Below are positions 53,123-63,334 of a stretch of DNA of 64,000 nt, one piece after another. Location of the stretch: assembly GCA_035404085.1 (NCBI GenBank), contig DAONGL010000001.1:42195-106194 (forward strand). Reading direction: 5' to 3'. Origin of the DNA: Methanomassiliicoccales archaeon. Its GTDB lineage: Archaea; Thermoplasmatota; Thermoplasmata; Methanomassiliicoccales; UBA472. The notes beneath the pieces are model-generated. The model was not told where the DNA came from. It saw nothing but the letters and a program-made list of their open reading frames with translations, and made no database searches. A program made the translations under genes and the position numbers. The number at the start of each line of letters is the position of its first letter. Position 1 is the stretch's first letter.

Positions 53123-54409
53123 ATGGCATACTGTAACCCGATGGGAGAGGACTACATACAGACCGTGCTGTTCCAGCTTTTTATAATCATCTTAATGGTC
53201 GAAGTGGCCAGGATGATCTGCAACAGGGTCAAGATACCCACGGTGATCGGTGAGATACTGGTCGGCATAATCATCGCCAACACCTTCCTGTACAATTTCA
53301 TCAACCTAGGCTCGGACCGGGAGGTGTTCGAGGTCCTCAAGGAGCTCGGTGTCATATTCCTGCTGTTCACGGTCGGTCTGGAGACCCCGTTCAGCTCCAT
53401 ACGCAAGGTGGGTAAGACCGCCATGTTCGTGGCGACCTTCGGGGTCATCATCCCGTTCTTCGTGGGTTATGTCTTCATGATCCTGACCTTAGGTCCGGAG
53501 AAGCAGCTGGAATCCATGTTCGTAGGGGCGGCCATGGTGGCTACCAGTGTCGGCATCACGGCGCGAGTGATCAAGGACATGAACCTCATGCAGGCCGTGG
53601 AGTCCCGGGTCATCATCGGTGCCGCAGTCATCGACGATGTCATGGGCATGATCGTCCTGGCGGTCGTCGTAGGTATCGCCAGCGGTGGAAGCCTGGACAT
53701 CATCCAGGTGGCTGCCGTTTCCATACAGGCTGTGCTGTTCGTCCTGGCCATCATATTCATCGGTTCCCTATTGCTACCAAAGATGGTCAAGCAGAGGGAT
53801 GAGAAGAAAGCGAAGCAAGTGTGCACCGCGGACCGCAAGCGCAAGGGATTCGGCCCGCTGCCGCTGGCCCTGATCGTCTGTTTCGCGCTGTCGTCCATGT
53901 CCGCATTCCTTGGCCTGGCCGCGATAATCGGTGCCTTCCTGGCCGGCATGGCCTTCGGGGAGTTCAAGGACAAGTGGCCCTGCGAGGAGAAGATCGAGCC
54001 CATCACCGAGTTCCTGACCCCGTTCTTCTTCGTGTTCGTAGGCATAGAGGTCTCCCTGGCCGCCTTCGGGGAGTTCGAGGTTCTGCTCCTTGCCGTAGCG
54101 ATCACCGTACTGGCCATAATCACCAAGTTCATCGGCTGCGGTCTCGGGGCGAAAAGCCTGGGAGGCAAGTCGGCGGCCATCATCGGCGTGGGCATGATAC
54201 CCCGAGGTGAGGTCGGTCTGATCGTGGCCAGCATCGGTTTCGCAATGAAGGACCCGATCACCGGGCTGAACATCATAGAACCAGGGCTTTACAATGCCAT
54301 AGTGTTCATGTCCCTGTTCACCACGTTGCTTGCCCCGCCCCTGTTGACGTACACGTTCCGTCGGAAACTGGGTAAGAAGTGCGAAATGGTCCCGCCCGAT
54401 ATAGAGTGA
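53123..54409 (+). CDS. cation:proton antiporter (CPA2, Kef/NapA type)
   Basis: 428 aa with about 12 TM helices: GEILVGIIIAN, LLFTVGLE, and IIGAAVIDDVMGMIVLAV are typical of the Na_H_Exchanger family. Confidence 0.85.
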   Translation: MAYCNPMGEDYIQTVLFQLFIIILMVEVARMICNRVKIPTVIGEILVGIIIANTFLYNFINLGSDREVFEVLKELGVIFLLFTVGLETPFSSIRKVGKTAMFVATFGVIIPFFVGYVFMILTLGPEKQLESMFVGAAMVATSVGITARVIKDMNLMQAVESRVIIGAAVIDDVMGMIVLAVVVGIASGGSLDIIQVAAVSIQAVLFVLAIIFIGSLLLPKMVKQRDEKKAKQVCTADRKRKGFGPLPLALIVCFALSSMSAFLGLAAIIGAFLAGMAFGEFKDKWPCEEKIEPITEFLTPFFFVFVGIEVSLAAFGEFEVLLLAVAITVLAIITKFIGCGLGAKSLGGKSAAIIGVGMIPRGEVGLIVASIGFAMKDPITGLNIIEPGLYNAIVFMSLFTTLLAPPLLTYTFRRKLGKKCEMVPPDIE

Positions 54410-54445
54410 TTTTGAGAAACGACTTCCCCAACCCTATTTAGTTGT

Positions 54446-54613
54446 TTATGTGGGAAAGAGGGAGCTGGCCACCACCACGACGGCGATGGTTATGACGCAC
54501 AGCGCGATCACCAGGTAGGGGCTGAGCTTAAGGGCCTTCTCATCCTCGTTATCGAAATACCTGATGAGGCCCGCCGCGGACTGGAATCCCCCGGTCTTGT
54601 TATCCTTCGCCAT
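54446..54613 (-). CDS. secG: preprotein translocase subunit Sec61beta (archaeal SecG)
   Basis: The start is trimmed to the internal ATG: MAKDNKTGGFQSAAGLIRYFDNEDEKALKLSPYLVIALCVITIAVVVV. It has the conserved AGLIRYFD motif and a single C-terminal TM. Confidence 0.8.
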   Translation of the reverse strand: MAKDNKTGGFQSAAGLIRYFDNEDEKALKLSPYLVIALCVITIAVVVVASSLFPT

Positions 54614-54735
54614 GTCGATCGCACCTGCTACCTCCAAAAGGATATAAAAGAATTATGCCCCCGCACCGTCCTCCTTTCCAGGCACCCAACCGCGATAAAC
54701 CTTATAATGGGCAGGGGACTTCACGGCTTGATAGC

Positions 54736-56268
54736 ATGCATTGGGCAGACGTGATAGCTAACACCCTTATCGAAAGGGGCGGTAAGCATCTGATATCTAC
54801 TGGCATCACCCCCTCCGGCTCCATACACGTCGGCAGTCTGCGGGAGTCCATCACCGCCAACGCGGTCTACAAGGCGCTCAAGGACAAAGGGGCCGACGTC
54901 GACTTCATCTATCTGGTCGATTCCTACGATCCGCTGCGAAAGCGCTACCCCTTCCTTCCGGAATGCTTCGAGAAGGAGGTAGGGAAGCCGATATGCTACA
55001 TCCCTTGCCCGGACGGCTGCCACGCTTCCTACGCCGAGCATTACATCACTCCCTTCCTGAACGCCATAGGCGAGCTGGGCATCAAGCCCCGCATCATATG
55101 GACTCACAAGCTCTACGAGGAAGGGAAGTTCACCGAGATCGTGGACCTGGTGCTCAGGGAAAGGTCCAAGGTCGGCCAAATACTCGGCGAGGTCACCGGC
55201 CGCAAGATGCCCGAGAACTTCTGGCCCTTCAGCGCCGAATGTCCGAAGTGCGGAATGTTCAGCGACAAGATCAGCGGTTACGATTTCCCGTACGTGCACT
55301 TCAAATGTCACTGTGGCTACGAGGGGGACGCCGACATTCGCAAGGGGGAGGGAAAGATGCCCTGGCGCGTCGAATGGCCCGCCAAGTGGAAGCTGTTCGG
55401 GGTCACCTGCGAACCATTCGGCAAGGACCACGCCGCCGCCGGAGGTTCATACGACAGCGGGGTGCGCCTGTGCCGGGAGATATACGGCGTCGAGCCGCCT
55501 CATCCAGTTCCCTACGAGTTCATCCAGTTCAAAGGAAAGGGGCAGATGCACAAGTCCACCGGCAACGTGGTCACCGGTACCGACGCGCTGCTCATCACCC
55601 CCGCCCCGGTGCTGGCCTTCAGCGTTCTTCGCTATAATCCGGAACGACACATCGACTACGACCCGGGGATGGGAATACTGGACATCGTCGACGAGTTCGA
55701 CAAGGTGGAAGCCTACTACTTCAATGGCGGGGCGGACGAGAAGGAGAAGGACCTGTTGCGGGCGTACGAGATAGCGCAGCCCTCGGCTGTCCGCTCCAAG
55801 TTACCCTTGCAGGTCCCCTACCGACACCTGGTGAGCGTGGCCCAGGTATCCGATTCCTTCGAGAGCGCGGTCAAGGTCCTGCGGCGTTCCATGGACCTGC
55901 CTGACATATCCACGGAGGACATGGAGGTCCTGGACCAAAGGCTGAACTGCGTTCGCCACTGGCTGAACGCCTTCGCCCCCGAGGAGGTCCTGTACACCGT
56001 CAGCCAGGAGAGGCCAGACGTGGAGATCACCGACGAGGAACGGGCCTACATCTCCGTGCTCCGGGAGCGGCTGGCGGAAACGGAGTGGGTCGGTGAGTTG
56101 GTACACAACGCCATCTTCAACACCGCCAAGGAGCTGGGAATGCAGCCCAAGGTGTGCTTCCTGGCACTGTACCGGCTGTTCATAAACAGGCGCTCCGGGC
56201 CAAGGCTAGGGTTCTTCCTTTCCACCCTGGACCGGGACTTCGTGCTGAAGAGGCTTTCCGAAGCCTGA
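54736..56268 (+). CDS. lysK: lysyl-tRNA synthetase, class I
   Basis: The start is trimmed to ATG 54736 (MHWADVIAN...). ITPSGSIHVGSLRE is the HIGH-region equivalent of class I LysRS. KGQMHKSTGN is KMSKS-like. The zinc cysteines are CPKCG...CHCG. Confidence 0.9.
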   Translation: MHWADVIANTLIERGGKHLISTGITPSGSIHVGSLRESITANAVYKALKDKGADVDFIYLVDSYDPLRKRYPFLPECFEKEVGKPICYIPCPDGCHASYAEHYITPFLNAIGELGIKPRIIWTHKLYEEGKFTEIVDLVLRERSKVGQILGEVTGRKMPENFWPFSAECPKCGMFSDKISGYDFPYVHFKCHCGYEGDADIRKGEGKMPWRVEWPAKWKLFGVTCEPFGKDHAAAGGSYDSGVRLCREIYGVEPPHPVPYEFIQFKGKGQMHKSTGNVVTGTDALLITPAPVLAFSVLRYNPERHIDYDPGMGILDIVDEFDKVEAYYFNGGADEKEKDLLRAYEIAQPSAVRSKLPLQVPYRHLVSVAQVSDSFESAVKVLRRSMDLPDISTEDMEVLDQRLNCVRHWLNAFAPEEVLYTVSQERPDVEITDEERAYISVLRERLAETEWVGELVHNAIFNTAKELGMQPKVCFLALYRLFINRRSGPRLGFFLSTLDRDFVLKRLSEA

Positions 56269-56276
56269 AACGCAGG

Positions 56277-56636
56277 TCACCTCTTCTTCAAGGTGAACAG
56301 GATCACAGCGATCCCCAACCAAACGAGGAAGCCGATAACCAGGAACAGCACGTTCCCCGGGTAGGCGTAGTTAATGGCCCATATGGCCCCGAAGGCCACC
56401 AGGAGCGTGCCCCAGAACATCAGGAAGTTGCCGTCGTTGCTGCGCCTCCTTTCCAGAGCACCGCTGCGCTGCTTGAACCCTACGAAAGTGGCGAACATCC
56501 CTCCCAGGAGCAGCATGGACGGTATGAACAGCGTCCAATCCCTAACTATCCAGGCGATCAGTATGGCCGCCGCGGTGGCGATTATGAGGTACGAGGCCGT
56601 CAAACTGGTCAGGGTGACCGAGGCTCTATCGTTCAT
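56277..56636 (-). CDS. small integral membrane protein
   Basis: 119 aa with four hydrophobic helices. No family recognised. Confidence 0.5.
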   Translation of the reverse strand: MNDRASVTLTSLTASYLIIATAAAILIAWIVRDWTLFIPSMLLLGGMFATFVGFKQRSGALERRRSNDGNFLMFWGTLLVAFGAIWAINYAYPGNVLFLVIGFLVWLGIAVILFTLKKR

Positions 56637-56685
56637 TTCACTTCAGGTGAAAAAGGAAGGCCGGTATTATCAAACTTGCCCTCGT

Positions 56686-56973
56686 TCACTCGCGTAACAC
56701 CTTCTCTGGGCCGTTTCGGCAGTAGAAGGAGTACTTCAATCCCAGATCGTCCGTCACCTTGCATACCGGGCAGTCGCAGGTCTTGGCCGGCATCTCACAG
56801 CCGACGCTCTTGCCCAGGTAGCAGTACAGAAGCTCCCGGTTACTGGCGTTGCACTCCGTATACGTAGCGCAGCCCGGACAGCGGCAAGTTCCCTTCGCGG
56901 CCTCGATCCAACGTTCCAGCTCCTCCGGTCGCAGGGCGTCTAAGCGCCTTATCTCCGATTCGAAGCGGTCCAT
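56686..56973 (-). CDS. DUF2769-like cysteine-rich protein
   Basis: 95 aa: CRCPGCATYTEC...LYCYLGKS.GC....CDCPVCKV matches the DUF2769 Cys pattern. Confidence 0.7.
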   Translation of the reverse strand: MDRFESEIRRLDALRPEELERWIEAAKGTCRCPGCATYTECNASNRELLYCYLGKSVGCEMPAKTCDCPVCKVTDDLGLKYSFYCRNGPEKVLRE

Positions 56974-57023
56974 GATATCGCCAATATCACTAGCGGGCGG
57001 AGGGCATATAATCGTTATCTGTC

Positions 57024-58118
57024 CTAGCGCAGCACTCCCATGTTGGTCAGCTTCTCCGGCAGGTACTTGTCGGTGACGAAGTCCAATCCGTATTTGGCCA
57101 GGGCCTGCTGTTCGGCCTTCTTGTTCAGCTTGAGCATGGTCTCGATCTCACCGCGCCAGTACTCGTCGGCGAAGCGGGGGTCCTTGAGCTCAGCGTGCAA
57201 AGCCCGTATGTCCATGTCCGTCAGCTTGTCGGTCGGCAGCTTGTAGTTCGTGATATCGGAAGCGGTGATGCCCACGAACTCGGCGGTCGGTGTGGCCAGA
57301 TACTCCGAGATGTGTGCGGTCTTGATCGCGCCGTACGCCACGGAGGCGAATATGCGGAAGGACCAGGGATCGCCGTCGGTGAATACTACCACTGGCAGCC
57401 TCATCTCCTCGTTCATGCGCTTGATGATGCGGCGGGTGGAACGAGCAGGTTGTCCTTTCAGATGCACCAGCACGGCATTGTACTTGTCATCGAAGCCGTT
57501 CTCCACCAGCCTATCGAACATACCACCAGTTTCGATGGCCACCACGAACTTGGCGTTGGTGCTGATCAACTGCAGCTTCTCCTTCTCCACGTTGTTCGGG
57601 ATGCCGTAACCGGAATCGCCCACGTCGTCCCGGCAGTTGATGGTCTTCAACCGTCCCTTGCGGTCCATCTCGCTTATGGTGATGTCCCCGATGATGCTGG
57701 CCCCGTTCTCTTCCGGCCGCAGCTTGAAGTCCTCGCGCAAGCAGGCGGTCACGATCTCCAGGTCCTCTGCCAGCATGTTGCTCTCGTCCTGCGAGTTGAA
57801 CTTCGCCTTTTCCCAGCCCTCGGAGATATAGTACATCTCCCTCAGGGTGGAGGACTTCTTATCCGCGATCATATCCTCCAGGAACTCCAGCACGTACATG
57901 GTGCGCAACAGCATCAAGGCCCCATTGACCTTCTTCGCGGAACGGGCGCCCGTGGCCTTGCCGTACTTGAACACCCCGTGCTTGGGGTCGAATCGAATGT
58001 TGCTCTTGGTCCTCAGGGGCAAGGTCATCTTCGGTATCTTTCCGGTATCGATCTGATCGTAGATCGACTGGGCTATCTCCTTCAGGGAGCTGACCGCCTT
58101 ATTCTCTTCCTCAGTCAT
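57024..58118 (-). CDS. top6A: DNA topoisomerase VI subunit A (Spo11 family)
   Basis: The start is trimmed to ATG 58118, which overlaps the top6B stop (ATGACTGA). It has [11 protein letters not shown] (catalytic Tyr region) and the Toprim motifs [14 protein letters not shown] and [10 protein letters not shown]. Confidence 0.9.
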   Translation of the reverse strand: MTEEENKAVSSLKEIAQSIYDQIDTGKIPKMTLPLRTKSNIRFDPKHGVFKYGKATGARSAKKVNGALMLLRTMYVLEFLEDMIADKKSSTLREMYYISEGWEKAKFNSQDESNMLAEDLEIVTACLREDFKLRPEENGASIIGDITISEMDRKGRLKTINCRDDVGDSGYGIPNNVEKEKLQLISTNAKFVVAIETGGMFDRLVENGFDDKYNAVLVHLKGQPARSTRRIIKRMNEEMRLPVVVFTDGDPWSFRIFASVAYGAIKTAHISEYLATPTAEFVGITASDITNYKLPTDKLTDMDIRALHAELKDPRFADEYWRGEIETMLKLNKKAEQQALAKYGLDFVTDKYLPEKLTNMGVLR

Positions 58119-60096
58119 CGTTAAGCGCCTCCGTGGACTCGTCGTAATCGACCTCTTCGTCCTCATCCTCGACCACCGGCGCCTCATCGCTCTCGGTGAT
58201 CTGCAGCCCCTTCAGGTCCCAATCACCTGGTAACGGCTCAGCTCCGATTATGAACACCGGATTGATGCCCGAGGCGTAGATCTCGTTCTCATCGTAATCG
58301 TCCTTGTTCAGGCCGTTCAGCGAGAAGTTGATCTCCAATCGTTCCGTGGACGCTATCTTGGGTAGTTCCCAGGATACCTTGCCGTCCTCGCGTACCTCCG
58401 AGGGAAAGAACTGCAGCCCCTTGTAATCGAACGATCCGGGCGGCAGCACCATGTGCAGGTTGAACTTCTGCGATTGCGGCGTATAGTTGTAAATGGACAC
58501 TCGCACCCGTTGATGTCCTTTCTCGAACGTAACCGCGTCATCGATCCAGACCACGTTCATGATCTTGGTTATGCTTCCGCTGAGCTTGGGTATCGGTTTA
58601 CCGACGATCTTAGCGCTCTTCTGGGCGATGAGCGGCAGTATCTCCTGCACGATCTCGAACTTGACCTTGGTCTTGCTCTTGGTCTCCCTCTTGTTGAGGT
58701 GCGTCTTCAACGAGCGGCCGCATATCTTCAGGGCCAGCTCGATCTCCGCCTGTAGCTCCGGAAGATTGGCTATGGCCTCCTTGGCCTCGGAGGTGAACGG
58801 TACCTTCGTGGATGCCACATGCACCAATATTATCGCCGGGCCGAACGGTATGCCGGACCCTCCGCGCTGCTCCAGGCCGTATCGTCTCCAGTCGGTGTTC
58901 TCGATGGCCTTGGTGATCACGCACGCCCCCTGCTGATAGAGCAAAGGCACGCGGTTGGCGAACCTCAGGATCTGGACCTGGGAGTCCTTCGCCAAGCCTC
59001 CTCCGTAGACGATCCCCACCTCTATCAGGAAGGGATTCCCGGAATGCACCTTGGGGTCTCTGGTCACCGGTGGGGCGTAGAACTCCGGACGGACCTCGTC
59101 AAGGACGTTGCGCAGCCCCTTCTTGATCAGATTGGCGCCTATCGGCGAAAGGCAGTCGGTGGGCGGGGCCATTATCTTCACCGCGGCGATGGCCGCCAGC
59201 AGTGCCTTCTGCTGGTCCAGGCTGAGCTTGGCCGGGTTGACCTCCATGCTCAGGCCGGCCTTGTCGCAGATCTCTTTGGCCAGGCGGTCGCTTATTCGTG
59301 AAAAGTCCAGTTGCAGGAACTTGCCCAGGGTCTTGTTCTTGGTGTCCTTGGACATGTTCATCAATGTTCCAAGCTCCAGTCCCGACGGGTGGGGCTTGAT
59401 CTCCTTGGTGGCCGGGGGCATCTTGTCCGTGGCCCTTTCGAAGGTGGTGCGCTTTCCATCCGGATCTACGAAGGTTATCTTGGAATGCGGGTTCACGATG
59501 GCGGTCTGCTTGAGGTATTCCATCACCGACTGCTTGCCGCCGACGTAACGGCCGTTCATGTGGTAGGTGATCTTCGTCCCGTGCTCCTTCCCGTCCCAGA
59601 TGAACGGGTCCTCCTTCAGCACGTCGGGCATGTTCTTCTTGGTGTTGACCATTATCTCCATGCGCCAGGCCACGTCCTCCACTCCGGTCTTGGAGACGAC
59701 CACCGCCGGCTTCCCGGTGGTGATCTGCCCGTACATGACCGTGGCCGATATCCCGATGCCCTGCTGGCCTCGGGACTGGCGCACGGCGTGGAAACGAGAG
59801 CCGTATAGGAGACGCCCAAAGACGTTGGGGATGGCCTTCTTGACGATGCCCGGTCCGTTATCCTCGACGGTGACCCGGAACTCATCCTTGTCCACCCTCT
59901 CCACCATGACCACGACATCGGGGAGAATTCCGGCTTCCTCGCAGGCGTCCAGGGAATTGTCCACCGCCTCCTTTATGCCCATGATGAGCGACTTGATCTG
60001 GGAGTCGAAGCCCAATATGTGCCGGTTTCGTTCGAAGAACTCGGAGACCGATATCTCCTTCTGCTTTTTCGCCAGTTCGTCAGCTATAGAAGACAT
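58111..60096 (-). CDS. top6B: DNA topoisomerase VI subunit B (GHKL ATPase)
   Basis: 661 aa with the Bergerat fold motifs [17 protein letters not shown] and GQQGIGIS, a transducer domain, and an acidic C-terminal tail. Confidence 0.9.
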   Translation of the reverse strand: MSSIADELAKKQKEISVSEFFERNRHILGFDSQIKSLIMGIKEAVDNSLDACEEAGILPDVVVMVERVDKDEFRVTVEDNGPGIVKKAIPNVFGRLLYGSRFHAVRQSRGQQGIGISATVMYGQITTGKPAVVVSKTGVEDVAWRMEIMVNTKKNMPDVLKEDPFIWDGKEHGTKITYHMNGRYVGGKQSVMEYLKQTAIVNPHSKITFVDPDGKRTTFERATDKMPPATKEIKPHPSGLELGTLMNMSKDTKNKTLGKFLQLDFSRISDRLAKEICDKAGLSMEVNPAKLSLDQQKALLAAIAAVKIMAPPTDCLSPIGANLIKKGLRNVLDEVRPEFYAPPVTRDPKVHSGNPFLIEVGIVYGGGLAKDSQVQILRFANRVPLLYQQGACVITKAIENTDWRRYGLEQRGGSGIPFGPAIILVHVASTKVPFTSEAKEAIANLPELQAEIELALKICGRSLKTHLNKRETKSKTKVKFEIVQEILPLIAQKSAKIVGKPIPKLSGSITKIMNVVWIDDAVTFEKGHQRVRVSIYNYTPQSQKFNLHMVLPPGSFDYKGLQFFPSEVREDGKVSWELPKIASTERLEINFSLNGLNKDDYDENEIYASGINPVFIIGAEPLPGDWDLKGLQITESDEAPVVEDEDEEVDYDESTEALNDD

Positions 60097-60174
60097 TGGA
60101 CCATCCCTTCATAGAAAAGACCGATTGCATCCCGGGGTGCATATCCCCGGGAGCGGTAAAAAGGTTTTGTGTTT

Positions 60175-61152
60175 TTAGAGCTTCTTTCCGCAGTTCCAGC
60201 ACTTGGTGTCGGACTTCAGTAGCTTCGCCGAGCACTGCGGGCAGCTCAGTTCGTCATCGTCGAACTTGGCGCCGCAGGACGGGCACTTATTGGCCTCGCC
60301 GGGAACCTCAGTGCCGCAGTCGGAGCAGACGAACTTCTCCTCCTTGGCATCCTTCACCTTCTTGTCCTTGGTCTGGGCCCGCTTCTGCTCCATCTCGAAG
60401 ATCTTCTTCTTGGAGCGGTCCATCCACCAGGTCAGCAGTATCAGTATGTAGAACAGCACGGCCATGCTGTAGAACGAGTAGACCGTCCCGGACATCAGGG
60501 AGTTGGTGAGCACCTTGCTCAGCTCGGCGTTCACCGGACCGAAGGTCTGCGGGGTAGTGGTCCAAGCGGTGCCGTTGACGACGCCGTACTGGAAATAGTA
60601 GACGCCTTCCTCCAGGCTGGTCACGTTGTACAAATAGACCGCCCCTAGCGAGGTGCTGTGGGAGTAGTCCATGGTGTAATTGGGATTGTCCTCCGGCTCG
60701 CCCCAATTGTTGAACAGGAGCAGGCTCACGTTGGCGTTGGTATCTCCCGCGGTCAGCACCACGCTGAACTGCAACTGGTCACCAGGCTCGGTATGGGACG
60801 GTGAAACGGTCCCTCCGACCAGCAGGCTGTTCTTGGAGCTCACGTCCTGCACCTCATAGTTGGCCACAGTGCTATACAAGGCGCCTCCCAGAGAAAGTCC
60901 GATTACCAGGAACAACACCAGTCCGAACACTGCCAGCCTCTTGCGTTCCTTTAGCCCGAAGTAGGTCGGTATGTAATAGGCGAGCAGGGCCACAAGGATA
61001 GGTAGTAGGCAGACCACCTGGGCTAGCCAGAGCTGCACGGTCAGGGTAAGGGAGACGGTGACCAAGAGGGCCAGCGCCATGCCCACCCAGATAGACATCT
61101 TGGACTGCCGCACCCCCTTCGTCATCTCATTTATATCGCCGATGAAAGACAT
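60175..61152 (-). CDS. membrane protein with extracellular domain and C-terminal double zinc ribbon
   Basis: 325 aa with three or four TM segments. The C-terminus has CSDCG...CPSCG...CPQCS...CWNCG. Confidence 0.65.
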   Translation of the reverse strand: MSFIGDINEMTKGVRQSKMSIWVGMALALLVTVSLTLTVQLWLAQVVCLLPILVALLAYYIPTYFGLKERKRLAVFGLVLFLVIGLSLGGALYSTVANYEVQDVSSKNSLLVGGTVSPSHTEPGDQLQFSVVLTAGDTNANVSLLLFNNWGEPEDNPNYTMDYSHSTSLGAVYLYNVTSLEEGVYYFQYGVVNGTAWTTTPQTFGPVNAELSKVLTNSLMSGTVYSFYSMAVLFYILILLTWWMDRSKKKIFEMEQKRAQTKDKKVKDAKEEKFVCSDCGTEVPGEANKCPSCGAKFDDDELSCPQCSAKLLKSDTKCWNCGKKL

Positions 61153-61197
61153 CGGCCGGCCATAATTATTGTATCTTTAAACACTTTCGTTAGGACC

Positions 61198-62166
61198 ATG
61201 GCAGAAATGAGGCCGGGGGAAGGCAGGATGGCCGTTCTGGCCCTGGGCGGCAACGCCATACTCAAGGCCGGCCAGGAGGCCAGGGACGACGTGCAGATCG
61301 CCAACCTCCAGGTGGCCTTCCGCTCCATGCTGCCCCTGCTTGACCGTTACCCCCGAATGATGATCACCCACGGCAACGGTCCTCAGGTCGGGAACATCCT
61401 GCTGCGGAACGAGCTGTGCCATACGGAGGTGCCGCCCATGCCTCTGGACGTCTGCGTCGCGGAATCGCAGGGACAGATAGCGTACCTGGCGATGCAGGCC
61501 TGGGACCGGGCCTGCCGTTCGGCGTGCAGGGAGGTCCCCATGCTTCCGATCATCACCCGCACCGTGGTCTCGGCGGACGATCTGGCCTTCCGGGACCCCA
61601 CGAAGCCCGTGGGACCTTATTATTCGAAGGAGAGGGCGCTCGTCCTGGCGAGGGAGAAGGGATGGGTCTTCCGGGAGGATGTCAAGAGGGGTGGCATGCG
61701 TCGGGTGGTCCCGTCCCCGGACGTGGTCAAGGTGGCCAAGGAAGAACATTTACGAACGCTAGTCGAATCACTTACCCCTCCTTTCGTGGTGCTGTGCGGA
61801 GGGGGCGGAGGTGTCCCGGTGGTCCTAAGCGGGGCTGGTCTCATCGGCGTGGAGGCGGTGGTGGACAAGGACCTCGCATCGGCCAGATTGGCCGAGGTGT
61901 TGCATGCCGATATTTTAATAATGGTGACCGATGTTGAGTCGGTCTATCTGGATTTCACGAGCGAAAGGCCGCGTCCTCTCCGTAAGGTGACGGCCAAAGA
62001 ACTGAGCCGCCACGCCGCGGAGGGCCAGTTCCCCCTAGGGTCCATGGGACCCAAGGTCGAGGCGGCGACCAGGTTCGTGAAGGCCACCGGTAGAAAGGCG
62101 ATCATCACTTCCGCCGACCGGTTGATGGATGCCCTGGACGGAAAGGCGGGCACCACAGTGGAGTGA
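61198..62166 (+). CDS. arcC: carbamate kinase
   Basis: 322 aa: MAVLALGGNAIL, ITHGNGPQVG, GGGGVPVV, and DKDLASARLAEVL.ADILIMVTDV are typical of the carbamate kinase/AAK fold. Confidence 0.85.
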   Translation: MAEMRPGEGRMAVLALGGNAILKAGQEARDDVQIANLQVAFRSMLPLLDRYPRMMITHGNGPQVGNILLRNELCHTEVPPMPLDVCVAESQGQIAYLAMQAWDRACRSACREVPMLPIITRTVVSADDLAFRDPTKPVGPYYSKERALVLAREKGWVFREDVKRGGMRRVVPSPDVVKVAKEEHLRTLVESLTPPFVVLCGGGGGVPVVLSGAGLIGVEAVVDKDLASARLAEVLHADILIMVTDVESVYLDFTSERPRPLRKVTAKELSRHAAEGQFPLGSMGPKVEAATRFVKATGRKAIITSADRLMDALDGKAGTTVE

Positions 62167-62178
62167 GGAAAAGCAAAG

Positions 62179-63294
62179 ATGGCCTCGACGATCGAAGATC
62201 AGATAAAGGCGATCCAGGAAGAGATCGACAAGACCCAGAAGAACAAGGCCACCGAATACCACATCGGGAAGCTGAAGGCCAAGATAGCCAAGCTGAAGGA
62301 GGATGTGGAAAAGCGGAGGTCTTCCAGCGGAGGCCCTGCCAAGGGTTACTCGGTAAAGAAGAGCGGGAACGCCACCGTCGCGCTCGTGGGTTTCCCGAGT
62401 GTCGGAAAGTCCACTTTACTCAATACCCTGACCGGGGCGAGGAGCGAGGTCGGCGCTTACGACTTCACCACCCTGGATGTAGTTCCGGGCGCTTACGAGT
62501 ACATGGGGGCCAAGATACAGGTCCTGGACATGCCCGGCCTGATACGGGACGCCTCTAAGGGCAAGGGCCGCGGCAGAGAGGTCATCTCCGTGGTCCGCGC
62601 CTCGGACCTGGTGCTTTTCGTTCTGGACTTCTACGATACCAACCTGCAGGTGCTGGTCCGGGAGCTGGAGAACGCCGGGATGCGCATCAACACCCATCCC
62701 CCGGACGTGGTGATCGCCAAGAGGGACCTCGGCGGAATCGACATCAAGACCACCGTCAAGCTGACCAAGCTGGACCTGGACCTGGCCAAGGCCATGATCA
62801 TGGAGTTCGGGATGGTGAACGCCGATGTGGTCATCCGCGAGGACATCGACCAGGACCAGCTGGTGGATGTCCTGGCCGGGAACCGCATTTACATAAACGC
62901 CGTGCTGGCCATCAACAAGATCGATATCTCGGACGCGGAATACCTCAAGGAGGTCCGCAAGAAGTTCAAACACTGGGACCCGGTCTTCATCTCCGCGGTC
63001 AAGAACATAGGTATAGACGAGCTCAAGGCCCGGATATTCGATAGGTTAGAGCTAATTCGAGTCTACATGAAGAAGCAGGGAGAGGACGCCGATCTGGACG
63101 TGCCGATGATCACCAAGCACGGTGCCACGGTCGGCGATGTCTGCGACTCCATGCACCGTGTTTTCAGGCAGAACTTCCGCTACGCCCTGGTCTGGGGAAA
63201 GAGCGCCAGGTTCCCCGGTCAGATGGTCGGTCTGGAGCATCGTCTGGCAGACGGAGACGTCCTATCGGTCATCATTCGCCGCACCGGCGAGTGA
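62179..63294 (+). CDS. developmentally regulated GTP-binding protein (DRG/OBG-HflX-like) with TGS domain
   Basis: 371 aa: KTQKNKATEYHIGKLKAKIAKLK, G1 GFPSVGKSTL, G3 DMPGL, G4 NKID, and a C-terminal TGS (VGDVCDSMH...GDVLSV). Confidence 0.9.
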   Translation: MASTIEDQIKAIQEEIDKTQKNKATEYHIGKLKAKIAKLKEDVEKRRSSSGGPAKGYSVKKSGNATVALVGFPSVGKSTLLNTLTGARSEVGAYDFTTLDVVPGAYEYMGAKIQVLDMPGLIRDASKGKGRGREVISVVRASDLVLFVLDFYDTNLQVLVRELENAGMRINTHPPDVVIAKRDLGGIDIKTTVKLTKLDLDLAKAMIMEFGMVNADVVIREDIDQDQLVDVLAGNRIYINAVLAINKIDISDAEYLKEVRKKFKHWDPVFISAVKNIGIDELKARIFDRLELIRVYMKKQGEDADLDVPMITKHGATVGDVCDSMHRVFRQNFRYALVWGKSARFPGQMVGLEHRLADGDVLSVIIRRTGE

Positions 63295-63334
63295 AGGGAT
63301 AACGATTAAACGCCTCCCAGGGAATGTCCGGCCG

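Noticed and set aside
57195-58124. 309-aa plus-strand ORF
   Set aside because: It is antisense to top6A, which has Toprim and catalytic Tyr motifs. It has shadow-ORF composition.
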